A DNA stretch of 64,000 nucleotides from assembly GCA_004431415.1 (NCBI GenBank), contig QPMI01000150.1:1-64000 (forward strand), given 5' to 3'. A program made the position numbers and the translations under genes. Numbering within the stretch: the first letter of the stretch is position 1; each line of letters opens with the position of its first letter. The notes beneath the pieces are model-generated. The model did not search any database and was not told the DNA's origin. It saw nothing but the letters and a program-made list of their open reading frames with translations. The stretch comes from Cyanophora paradoxa CCMP329 (taxonomy: Eukaryota > Plantae > Glaucophyta). Positions 38,301-48,315 of this stretch are shown in pieces.

Positions 38301-41300
38301 CAGGTTCATGAGGCACGTGATCGAGCTGACGGCGCGGCCGGCGGAGCTGGGGGCGGGGGAGGGGGCGGCCCCGGGGGCGCGCCTGACGTTCGAGACCGCG
38401 AAGAAAGGCGCGCGGGTGCGCGGCGTCGTCCTCAACGCCGACAAGGACTCCCTCTGGGTCCAGGTGCCCGCCCCCTCGCCCTCGCCCGCCCGCCCGCCCG
38501 CCGCTCGATTTCCTTCGCTCACGCCCTCTGCGCGGCAGCTCTCGCCGTACGTGAAGGCGCGGGCCTTCGTCTGCGACGCGGCGGCCACCGAGGAGGCCGT
38601 CGCCGACCCCTCCTCCGCCTTCCCCCGTGCGCGAGGCAGAGGCCCCGCCCCCGCCGGCGCCTCTGAGCGTCTCCGGCGGCGGGCAGGGGGCACGCGGGTC
38701 GTGGCGAGAATCCTGTCGGTGGACGCGGAGCGGGAGCGGATGGACGTGGCGCTCAAGGAGGGGGCGACGTCGGGCGAGCTCAAGGCGGGGGCCGAGCTGC
38801 TGGGCCGCGTCTCCAAGCACCTGCCGGACGCGACGGGCCTGATGGTGCAGGTCGGCCCGCACGCCTTCGGCCGCGTCCACATCACCGACGTCCCCGACGA
38901 CGTGCGCCGGCTGGGATCGATCGGGCGGCCGCTCTCGCGCTGAGGGGGGCGGGCAGGTGACGGCGGGGGCGGAGAGCGCGGCGGAGGCGGTGAAGGAGCG
39001 GTACCCCGAGGGGGCGGCGGTGCGCTGCTGGGTGCTCTCGGTGGACGAGACGGGCCGCCGCATCGACCTCTCCCTCGCCGGCGACCGCCCGGCCTCCTCC
39101 TCCTCGTCGTCCAAGCACAAGGGCGAGGCGTCGGGCTCCGGTCACGGCGGCACGGGCATCCTCAACGAGGACGGGAGCCTCACCGACGTCGAGGGCATCG
39201 ACCAGCTCCAGGCCGGCATGAAGGTCCGCCCCGGCTTCTCTCTGCCCGCGTGTGGGGCGGGGCGGGGCGGCGTTTCTAGGGGGGCGAGACGAGTGTAGTG
39301 ATGATTGACTATTTATTCTTCTGACCCGCGGGTTGAAGAACCTTATTGTCGCCCCAGTCTGAAACTCGTCGCGGGTCTTTCGGGGGGCTTTTCGTTTCTC
39401 GACCCCATCCGGTCTAGATGATGATTGACAACCACTAAGGCATAGTTCGTCCTACTGCGGAATGACGAGCAAAATTTGTCGCCCCAGTCTGAGACCCGGA
39501 TGGTTTCCTTCTTGGGCGGGCTTTCGAGGGTTTTCGATCGCGTACCGGTCGTCGAGCAAAGGATGCGGCATAGTTCATCTGATCGAAAATTGTGACGATC
39601 AAACACTTATAGTCTTTCGCTCCTATCTGAGCTCGGCACCGGATTGTTTTTCTCCCCGCTTTCCGTTTCGACCAAGGCGAGCAGAGGATGCGGCATAGTT
39701 CATCTGATCGAAAATTGTGACGATCAAACCCTTATAGTCTTTCGCTCCTATCTGAGCTCGCCTCTGGTCCTTTTTGCACCCCTCTATTCATGTCTTTTTC
39801 GCATTTCGCGCATCTTTATTAATTGTCTGCTGCAGGTCCGGGCATGCGTACGAAACACTGAGGAGAACAAGGGCTGCTTCGTCTCCATAGGGCGGAAGGC
39901 GTGCTCGATCTGTAGTTTCTTGACCGGCACACACCATCTGACGCGGCGTCGCGCCCCGCGCAGGTCGTAGCAAGAGCGCTCATCAGCCAGTTGTCGGACG
40001 TCTTCATTCGCGATGTCAAGGGCGCTTTCCCCGCCGGCAAGATTGTCAACGGGAGGATATTATCGTGCGTGGCTCGCGTTTATGTTGGGGGCTAGCGGTT
40101 ATTTTTCCTTTGGGAAGACGAGTGTAGTGATGATTGACTATTTATTCTTCTGACCCGCGGGTTGAAGAACCTTATTGTCGCCCCAGTCTGAAACTCGTCG
40201 CGGGTCTTTCGGGGGGCTTTTCGTTTCTCGACCCCATCCGGTCTAGATGATGATTGACAACCACTAAGGCATAGTTCGTCCTACTGCGGAATGACGAGCA
40301 AAATTTGTCGCCCCAGTCTGAGACCCGGATGGTTTCCTTCTTGGGCGGGCTTTCGAGGGTTTTCGATCGCGTACCGGTCGTCGAGCAAAGGATGCGGCAT
40401 AGTTCATCTGATCGAAAATTGTGACGATCAAACACTTATAGTCTTTCGCTCCTATCTGAGCTCGGCACCGGATTGTTTTTCTCCCCGCTTTCCGTTTCGA
40501 CCAAGGCGAGCAGAGGATGCGGCATAGTTCATCTGATCGAAAATTGTGACGATCAAACCCTTTATAGTCTTTCGCTCCTATCTGAGCTCGGCCCTGGCAT
40601 CCCCTCTCTGCTTTCCTCGCGCTCGCCTCCGCCCCCCCCCCCCCCCCCCCCCGCCCGCCGGCCGCGCGCCGCGCCGCGTCCGACGGGCCTCCCTCTGCCG
40701 CGCAGGGTGGACCGGGAGCGGCAGCGGGTGGAGGTCTCGCTGAAGAAGTCGGTGGTGGATCGCAAGGAGGGGGAGGGGCGCCTCTCCTTCGACCAGCTCA
40801 AGCCGGGCCTCGTCGTCCGCGGCAAGGTCAAGAAGACCGAGTCGTACGGCGTCTTCGTGCGCATCAACAAGTCCGACCTCTCCGGCCTCGCACACGTCTC
40901 CGAGGTGCCCCGCCCCGCCCCGACCGCCCCGCCCCGCTCGAGGATCTCCAGCGTTGACCCCGCCCCGCCCCGCCCCGCGCCCGCGGCCGAGCAGATCAGC
41001 GACGACTTCGTGAAGAACGTGGGGGAGCTCTACAAGGCCGGCGACGCCGTCCGCGCCATCGTCCTCAAGGCCGACCCCGCCACCCGCCGCATCTCCCTCG
41101 GCCTCAAGGCCCGCCCCGCTCGCCCCGCTCGCCCCGTCGCCCCTTTGAATGACCGGGCCCCCGCAGACCTCGTACTTCAAGGACATCCCCGACGAGGAGG
41201 GCGCCGGCAGCGGCGACGACGACGAGGACGAGGAGGCGGAGGCGGAGGGCGGGGAGGAGGAGGCGGCGGCCGGCGAGCCGGCCAAGCGCTCCAGGAGAGG

Positions 41301-43272
41301 CGGGAAGAAGGCCGCAGAAGAAGAAGAGGAGGCGGAGGAGGAGGACGACGATCGACCTGTGCAGGATGCGCCCGAGGAGGAGGCGGAGGATGAGGAGGAG
41401 GCGGCAGAGGGGGAGGGGGAGGAGGACGGCCTCGACTTCATCGAGGAGGGCGCCTCTGACGAGGACGAGGACGAGGACGAGGAGGAGGACGAGGAGGAGG
41501 AGGGTGCGCGGCGCGCCCCAGATCATCCCCGAGGCGGCGCCTGACGCTGGGAACGCAGAGGGGAAGCCGGCGCTGGACCTGGGCGGGGGCGTCTCCTGGT
41601 CCGGGGGCGCCGCCCCCAAGGCCGCCGACAAGGCCTCGCGCAAGGCCAAGAAGGGCGCCGCGCCCGAGCCCGAGGTCGGCCCCCTCCCCCGCCCCGCCTC
41701 CGAACGCCTTTCTCTTCTGGGGCGAGTGCGACGGGACGCGGCGGGGGCGCAGGAGCCCAAGTCGGAGGCGGACGCGAAGAAGGAGGAGAAGAAGAAGCGG
41801 CGCGAGGCGAAGCGGGCGCTGGAGGAGGAGGAGCGGCACATCCGGGAGCGGGAGCAGGCGATCGTGGAGGGGGCGGCCCCGCAGAGCGCCGACGACTTCG
41901 AGCGGCTCGTGATGGGGAGCCCCGGCAGCTCCTACGTCTGGATCGCCTACATGGCCCACAAGGTCCCGCCCCGTCCCCCCTCGCTCCTCCCCCGAAGCTC
42001 GCTAGAGGCGAAATGATGGTTATGCAATGCTATGGCTGAACCGCGCGGCTCTTCCCGGGCCTCGCGATGAAGTCTCAACTTCCTTATCTACTCTGATCCC
42101 GCCTCCCCCTTCCGCCCCCGCCCCGCCTCGGCTCGCCCGCCGCCGCCTGACCGCCGCGCGTGCGCCGTCCGCAGATCTCGCTGACGGAGATCGAGGAGGC
42201 GCGGGGGGTGGCGGAGCGGGCGCTGAAGACGATCCCGTACAGGGAAGAGGGCGAGAAGATGAACGTCTGGGTCGCGCTGCTCAACCTGGAGCACAAGTAC
42301 GGCTCCGAGGCCACCCTCCAGTCCGCCTTCCAGCGCGCCGCCCAGACCATGGACCCCAAGAAGGCGCGCGCGCGCCCCGCCCGCCCGACGCCTCCCGCGG
42401 AGCGCAGGCGGCTGACGTTAGGTCGCGCGGCGCCGGCAGATGCACGTGCACCTGCTGAACATCTACGAGCGGGCGGGCGAGGCGGACAATGCCGAGGAGC
42501 TCTACCAGGTCATGACCCGCAAGTTCAAGCAGAGCCGCAAGGCCCGCCCCGCCCGCCTCTCTTTGCTCGCGCCGCCCCGCGCTGACGGGGCGGCGGGCGC
42601 TGCAGGTCTGGCTGCGGTACCTGCAGGCCAAGATGCGGCAGGGGAAGCACGAGGCGGCGCGCAAGACCCTCCAGCGCGCCCTCGAGTGCCTTCCGAAGCG
42701 CAAGCGTGCGCCTGCGCCCGGCGCCGCTTGCGCTCGCCCCGCCCCTCCCCCCTCGGCTGACGCGGGGCTCGCTCGCTGGGGCAGACATCCGGACGATCAC
42801 GCGCTTCGCGCAGCTCGAGTTCAAGCACGGCTCGGCCGAGCGCGGGCGCACCATCTTCGACGGGTGCGCCCCCTCCCTTTCCCCCCCTCCCCCGCCGCCT
42901 GGAGGCCGCCGCGCCTGAGCTGGGGCGGGGCGCAGGATCCTGCGGACGTACCCGAAGCGGGTGGACCTGTGGAGCATCTTCCTGGACATGGAGATCAAGG
43001 GCGGGGACGCGGGGGCGACGCGGCGCCTCTTCGAGCGCGTCGCCACCCTCAACCTCTCCTCCAAGAAGATGAAGTTCTTCTTCTCCAAGTGGCTCGAGTT
43101 CGAGCGTCAGGCCCGCCCCGCCCCGCCCCCGCCCCGCCTTGGCCGCCCCGCCCGCCGGGCCTCGCCCCCGCCTCCGCTGCGCTGACGCGCCGGCCTGCAG
43201 GTGGGGACGCCGGCGACGCAGGAGCACGTCCGCGCCGCCGCCCGCGCCTGGGTCGAGTCCAAGATGAAGTGA
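32350..43272 (+). CDS. RRP5: rRNA biogenesis protein RRP5 (PDCD11): multiple S1 domains plus C-terminal TPR/HAT repeats, many introns
   Basis: N-terminal EEDFPRG. S1 repeats ([40 protein letters not shown]). C-terminal [62 protein letters not shown] at 43270-43272. Confidence 0.97.
39288..39370 (+). ncRNA. Box C/D snoRNA 1 (copy A); D guide to the LSU P-loop G (E. coli G2251, yeast Gm2619; snR67/U31-like)
   Basis: C box GTGATGA at 39298, D' CTGA, C' TGAAGA, D CTGA at 39359, terminal stem ACGAGT/ACTCGT. Guide TGTCGCCCCAGT is complementary to the conserved LSU (G/A)CUGGGGCGGCA with one G-U pair. Confidence 0.88.
39405..39503 (+). ncRNA. Box C/D snoRNA 2 (copy A); D guide to the LSU P-loop, internal guide to GAACUAUGCCU
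   Basis: C box ATGATGA at 39418, C' ATGACGA, D CTGA at 39489, stem CCATCCGG/CCGGATGG. Guides AGGCATAGTTC and TGTCGCCCCAGT. Confidence 0.85.
39553..39635 (+). ncRNA. Box C/D snoRNA 3 (copy A); double guide to equivalents of yeast 25S Am807 and Gm908
   Basis: Degenerate C box AGGATGC; GGCATAGTTCAT-CTGA (D') pairs with GUGAACUAUGCC; C' GTGACGA; TAGTCTTTCGCTCCTAT-CTGA (D) pairs with AUAGGGGCGAAAGACUA; stem CGAGC/GCTCG. Confidence 0.88.
39676..39763 (+). ncRNA. Box C/D snoRNA 4 (copy A), tandem paralogue of snoRNA 3
   Basis: Same boxes and guides as 39553-39635; stem GGCGAGC/GCTCGCC. Confidence 0.88.
40116..40590 (+). ncRNA. Second copy of the four-snoRNA cluster, in RRP5 intron 40065-40705
   Basis: Near-identical to 39287-39760 (offset 829). 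By eye the only difference is a 1-nt indel near 40560. Confidence 0.88.
42005..42105 (+). ncRNA. Box C/D snoRNA 5 in RRP5 intron 41963-42174
   Basis: C-like ATGATGG at 42013; GCAATGCTATG(G)-CTGA pairs with LSU CAUAGCAUUGC; TTCCTTATCTAC(T)-CTGA (D at 42093) pairs with LSU GUAGAUAAGGGA; stem GAGGCG/CGCCTC. Confidence 0.78.
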
Positions 43273-43723
43273 GGGGGGGCCCTCGGCCCCCAGCCCTAGT
43301 TAGAGTAGCAGCGACAGCCCTAGCGCTAGTTTCCCGCACGCTTAGCTTTCCTTTCTCCCTTCTCCTCCATCCATCCCCTCCCCTTGAGTTTCCACAGGCA
43401 GAGCCCATCTGCGATGTAGATACGCGCCTTCTCGATGATGCTTTGATTTCTCGATGCCCTGTTTCATCTGTTTTTGATAAATGCACACAAGCCGTTCTCG
43501 CTCTCGTGGTCGTCGCGCGCCGCCTCCCGGCCTCGGGTCGCGGCGTCTCTTTCTCTCGTGCGGCCGGCCTCGTCCCCTACCCCGTACCGGTGCGGCGTGC
43601 GGCCGCCGGTCGGGCGCTTCTCGTCTGACTGCGACCGCTCTTCCCCTCGCAGGTCGAGGGCGGGGCGGCGCGGGCCACACCCCTTGGAAGGTGCCTTTCC
43701 CGTGCCCGTTTCTCTTATTTAGA

Positions 43724-43823
43724 AGGCGAAGTGATGCTTATGCAATGCTATGGCTGAACCGCGCGGCTCTTCCCGGGCCTCGCGATGAAGTCTCAACTTC
43801 CTTATCTACTCTGATCCCGCCTC
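43724..43823 (+). ncRNA. Duplicate of snoRNA 5 downstream of RRP5, inside a putative intron 43691-43888
   Basis: Identical guide region to 42020-42150, C-like GTGATGC at 43731, D CTGA at 43811; flanked by an AAG|GTGCC donor and a CTGAC..CGCAG acceptor. Confidence 0.72.
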
Positions 43824-44289
43824 CCCCTTCCGCCCCCGCCCCGCCTCGGCTCGCCCGCCGCCGCCTGACCGCCGCGCGTCCGCCGCAGATCTAGATTGCT
43901 CACGCGGAGATCCAAGAAGGGTCGGGGGGGTCGCTGCACCGCGAAAAAGAGCCCCTCCACGAGACGCGATGCACATGCACGTGGCGCGAGCGTCACTAAT
44001 ACAAGTCCTACAAAACTAGCCTGGTTGCCTTGATTCGGTTGTTTGTGAACACCCAAGTACGAAATACAATGCAGCTCTAGCGCTGACAGCCGCGGAAGGC
44101 CTAGGGGGCGCGCAGAAGCTATTGGGCTATACCCCACTAAAGCGGGTACGGGGACAGTCCGCTAGACGGGTACGTGGGTAAGTCAGAGGAGCGCCAGCCG
44201 GCCCGTAGTACCGGAGCTTCAGCGCCGCCGGAGCGCGCTTGTAGAAGCGGCCGCGGCGTGAGCGTCGACAAGCGACGTCGGGACTTGCG

Positions 44290-46362
44290 ATGCTGACGTT
44301 GGCGAGGCCCGTCAGCGCGCGGGCGCCTGCTTGGGCGCTCCGCGCGATCCGCTCGGCCCCTGCGACTCTCTCTGTAGGCGCTTGGAGGCCAGGGGCAGCT
44401 GCGGCAGCGCTCCCGGTCAAAGCATTCGGCGCGGCAACGGCGGCTGGGCTGCGGAGAGGCGTCGAGCAGCACGCGAGATCGTTCAGCAGTTGTCTGCTCG
44501 CCGGTGCGCTTCCGCGAGCGGTCGCGCCGTCTGCGTCTGACAGGCCGCGGCCGCGCCGCTCCGGAGCCTTGCGCAGACCTTGAGCTTGGCCTCGGCCGGT
44601 CGCGCGCCGGTGCGTCCTCGTTTGCGCTTCAGTGGATCTTGCAGTATCTTCCTTATACCATCTGCGCAGGGCTCGGCTGCAGGACGCAGCGGGCGCTGCA
44701 TGTACAGTCGCCGGCGCCAGCGCCGGCCGGCAGCAGCGACGGATCGAGAAGCGAAGCCGCGCCGGCTGCAGCGGCTCCACTTCGCTTCACGGGAGTGCGA
44801 CCGAGGCCGCCGGCTCGGGGCGCGTCGCTCGAGGAGACTCACCCGCACCTGGCGGCCGAGTGGGACGTGGATGACAACGATCTGCCGGCGCCGGAACCCG
44901 ACAGCGCCAGCTGCAGCCAGCAGCTCACGCCGCGAGACGTGTCGGCGGGTTCTGGTTATCGGGCGGGCTGGAAGTGCGGCGACTGCGGGCACCGCTGGAA
45001 AGCAGCCGTCAGGAGCAGAGCGTGCGGGCGGTTCCCGGCGGGGTGCCCCGAGTGCAGCAGGCTCCGGAAGAGCTCGCGGCCCGACATGCCGCCTCGCGAG
45101 GCGCCGTTCGACGAGCGCAGGCTGCGGGCGGCCGTGCCCCACCTGGCGAGCCGCCGCTCTCCCCGCGCTCCGCTGGGCGAAGCTCACGATCGCGCGGGGC
45201 GCCAGGTCGCGGAGTGGCACCCGAGGAACGAGCTCACCCCGGACGACGTCACCTTCGGGAGCGCCAAGATGCTCTGGTGCGCTGCCGCCGCCCTCCGCCG
45301 ATGCGGGCGCCCCTAGCTCAGAGGGCCGCCGCCCGCTCGCGCGCAGGTGGCGCTGCGCGGAGGGCCACGAGTGGCGGCAGGCGCCGAGGCACCGCAGCCG
45401 CGGGGCCGGCTGCCCTTTCTGCGCCTCCGCCGTGAGCGCCGGCTTGTCTCGAAGTCTCCCGGGGCGCCCCTCCCGCTCGATAACCGGGGGGCGGCGGCAG
45501 GGGAGCGGCTCGGCGGTGCCGCCGGAGAAGAGCCTCGCCGTGCTGAACCCCAAGGCCGCCGCCGAGTGGCACCCGGAGCGGAACGGGCCCCTCACCCCCG
45601 AGGTGCCCGCCCCGCCCCGGATCGCCCCGCCATCCGGGCGTCGGCCGGAGCCAAGGGGAACGAATGTTCGCCCCGCAGACGATCCGCGCCAAGTCGCTGG
45701 TCCTGTGCTGGTGGCGCTGCAGCGCGTGCTCGCACGAGTGCGCCCCGATCGATATCGCCCCGCGCGCCCCCCAAGTCCCGCGCGGCCGTCAATCCGTTCC
45801 CGCTCGGCAGGTGGCGGACGACCCCGACCCACCGCACCTGCTCGGAGAGCGGGTGCGACTCTGAAATCTGGAGCGGTTCCACGCCGCGTTCGAATTTGGG
45901 CGCATCTAATCGATGTATGCGATCGGGCGCAGCTGCCCCGCCTGCGCGGGACAGGCGCGGACGGACTGGAACAACCTGGAGGCGCGCTTCCCCGAGGTGG
46001 CCGCCGAGTGGGACGCCGAGGCGAACGGCGGCCTCAAGCCCAGCGAGGTGATGCCCGGCTCGAACAGGAAGTTCTGGTGCGCTGGCGGGGGCGGGCCCCG
46101 CGCCGGCCCCGCCCCGCTCACGGCGCCGCAGGTGGCGCTGCCGGGAGTGCGGGCACCGGTGGGAGGCTCGGGCGAACCACCGGACGAGCCTGGGGCACGG
46201 GTGCCCCCGCTGCGCCCGGAAGCGCTCGGCAGAGGCGACCCGGCGCCGCGCCGAGAAGCGCCGCGCCGCCGCCGCGCAGCTCCTGCAGGTCGGCGATGCG
46301 CCGTTGCAGCCGCCGGGGAGCTCGCATATCTAGGCGCCAGGCTAGGCAGTTCGCGTATCTAG
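44290..46362 (+). CDS. Zinc-ribbon/treble-clef repeat protein (DUF4379/PF14311-like, ~4 repeats) with organelle transit peptide-like N-terminus
   Basis: Repeats such as SLEETHPHLAAEWD..LTPRDVSAGSGYRAGWKCGDCGHRWKA..GCPEC, VAEWHPRNELTPDDVTFGS..WRCAEGHEWRQ..GCPFC and FPEVAAEWDAEANGGLKPSEVMPGSNRKFW. N-terminus is Arg/Ala/Ser-rich and acid-poor. Confidence 0.8.
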
Positions 46363-46714
46363 ACGCCAGGCAGCTAGCTGAACGTGAAGTTGGAATGGAG
46401 ACCTAGCTATATAGACATAGCTATAGGGCTGCCCCTGTTCAAGTACTTGCACGCCCTCGAGGCGCTGGGACGAGCCTCGAGGCGCGAGCTTTGGGGGGCC
46501 GGCAAGAAAAGACCTCGCGATGGGCGCGAGAGAGCTCGAGGCGCCGGGACGAGGCGCCGGCTTCAAGGCAGAGGCCTAGACGGCCCAGAAGGCGCGAGCT
46601 TTAGATTTGGGGGCCGAAATTCGAAAAAGAAAGATCTCGCATTCTTCTGTACAAGATTTACATATGCATGCCCCTCGGACTAGGGGGAGGGACGTCCGGG
46701 GTACAGCTGCGGCC

Positions 46715-47790
46715 TCAGGGGAGGGGGGATACCGCCTCCGAGGACCGCAGGGCGTCCAGCTCGGGGTACGAGGGCAGGACCTCCCGGAGGAGGTCCCCCC
46801 CGGGGCCCCGCTTGTACTTGCACACCTGAGCTCGAATTCGATCCGGCCGGGTACGCTCTCGAATGCGCGGTTCGAGGGGGCGCACCGCCGCCTGGCCGTA
46901 CTGGCGTGCGAGCCGCAGGATGTCCCTCTCGGCTGCCGCCTCGGATCAATTTCGGGACCGAGGGTCGGGCGGAGGCCCAGCGTGCGAGCGCAAGCGCACC
47001 GGCCTCCTCGTCGGGAGGCAGGAACACGGCCGAGAAGCCGTCCTCCCGCCACCTCTGGCCGGCACGTTAGGGCCGAATCCGACGGCTCCAGGGCGCGCGC
47101 GCGTGGCGGGCCGGGCGCGCGGGGCCGCACGGATTCTTCGTCCGAACCGAAGGACGGGAGCACCCGCTCCGGCGCCGGCTGCCCTCGCTCGTAAGCCCGG
47201 AAAGAGAGGAAGGCGCCGCGCGCGTTACATGTGGGCGGCTCGGGTGCGCACCTTCAGGCCGAGCAGGTCGGCCTCGAGCCGCGCGTTTGCCGCCCTGTTG
47301 TGCGCATCGTCCGCCTGGTGGCCCATCGGGTTCCAGCCCGTGATTGCTGCGCCCCGCCGTGAGCCCTAGGCGCGCGCTGCATCGGTGGCCGCGAGCAACG
47401 GCGCTGGCGTCGTCGCACAGAACGTGACTCCGTTTACGATGTCATGCGGGACCGTCGCCGGCTTCGCGGCAGGCTTTGCGCTCTGGAAGCGCGTGGCCTG
47501 CAGCCGCGCCCACGTTCCGTCCTCGAGCTGCATCCAGACGACCGCGCGGGCCCTGCCGCGCGCGTTTGCGGGTCAGGCCGCTGCATCTCGGCAGGCCGGC
47601 AAGCGTACCAGATCGCACGCAGCTCCTTCTGCTCGTTCGCCGTCGGGAGTTCAAACCGGAGGCCAAGGGCGGCCGCGGGCTCGGCTCTGGCGCCGCTCCC
47701 GGGCATGACGAGGACGAGCGCGAGGGCTCCTGCCACGACGAGCGCCCAAGACGGAATGCTGCAGGGGTGACGCTGCTGTCGGTGTTCCAT
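46715..47790 (-). CDS. DUF3293-like protein with N-terminal signal/TM segment
   Basis: AITGWNPMGHQADDAHNRAANARLEADLL, EWREDGFSAVF and RLARQYGQAA match my recollection of the DUF3293 pattern (ITAWNP..N..L, W.E.SF, A..FGQ.A). N-terminal WALVVAGALALVLV. Confidence 0.72.
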
Positions 47791-48315
47791 AAGGCCAGCT
47801 GCAGATCAAGCTGTCATCGCCCGCGGTCTCCCGCACAGCGCAAGTTCGTCGCAAGCTGCAACTGGTCTGACGCATTCCACCGCATCACATTCCATCGCGC
47901 CGCTGCGGCTCTGGTTCTCTCGAGCTCGGCAGCGCATTCCATCGGCGGCTGCATTCCCTGCAGTGCAACGCATGAGAGCTACACGCGCTGCAGATCCGCT
48001 GCGCCAGGTCGGATAGCGCGGCGAGGTTTTCGGAGGTTAGCAGCGGGGGGTACTGACAGCTCTCCTTGAAGCGCCCAGCTTGCTCGCTCGATCAGGCTGC
48101 AGTGCGCCTCGGTGTCTCGGTGACTTCGAGACCTAGACCAAGCCGGTGCGCCGCTAAGCGTCGGCCGCGCGCGAGCGCTTTTAAACGAGCCGCGAGCGCC
48201 CTGGGCCAGGCGGCGGCCATTTGCGACCGCCGCATCGCAAACTTCTGAAGGACTTTTAGCTAAAGTCACGCACCAATCGCGCAGCGCTCTGACTCACGCG
48301 ACGCGCGCGCAGGCG

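Noticed and set aside
39305-39325. Specific rRNA target for the D' guide of snoRNA 1 (CTATTTATTCT)
   Set aside because: The only candidate match (LSU AGAAUAAGUGG) needs two G-U pairs and cannot be supported without the organism's rRNA.
39287-40590. CRISPR-like or rRNA-fragment reading of the repeated units
   Set aside because: There is no repeat-spacer periodicity or cas gene. The rRNA similarity is short, antisense and adjacent to CTGA boxes, as expected for snoRNA guides.
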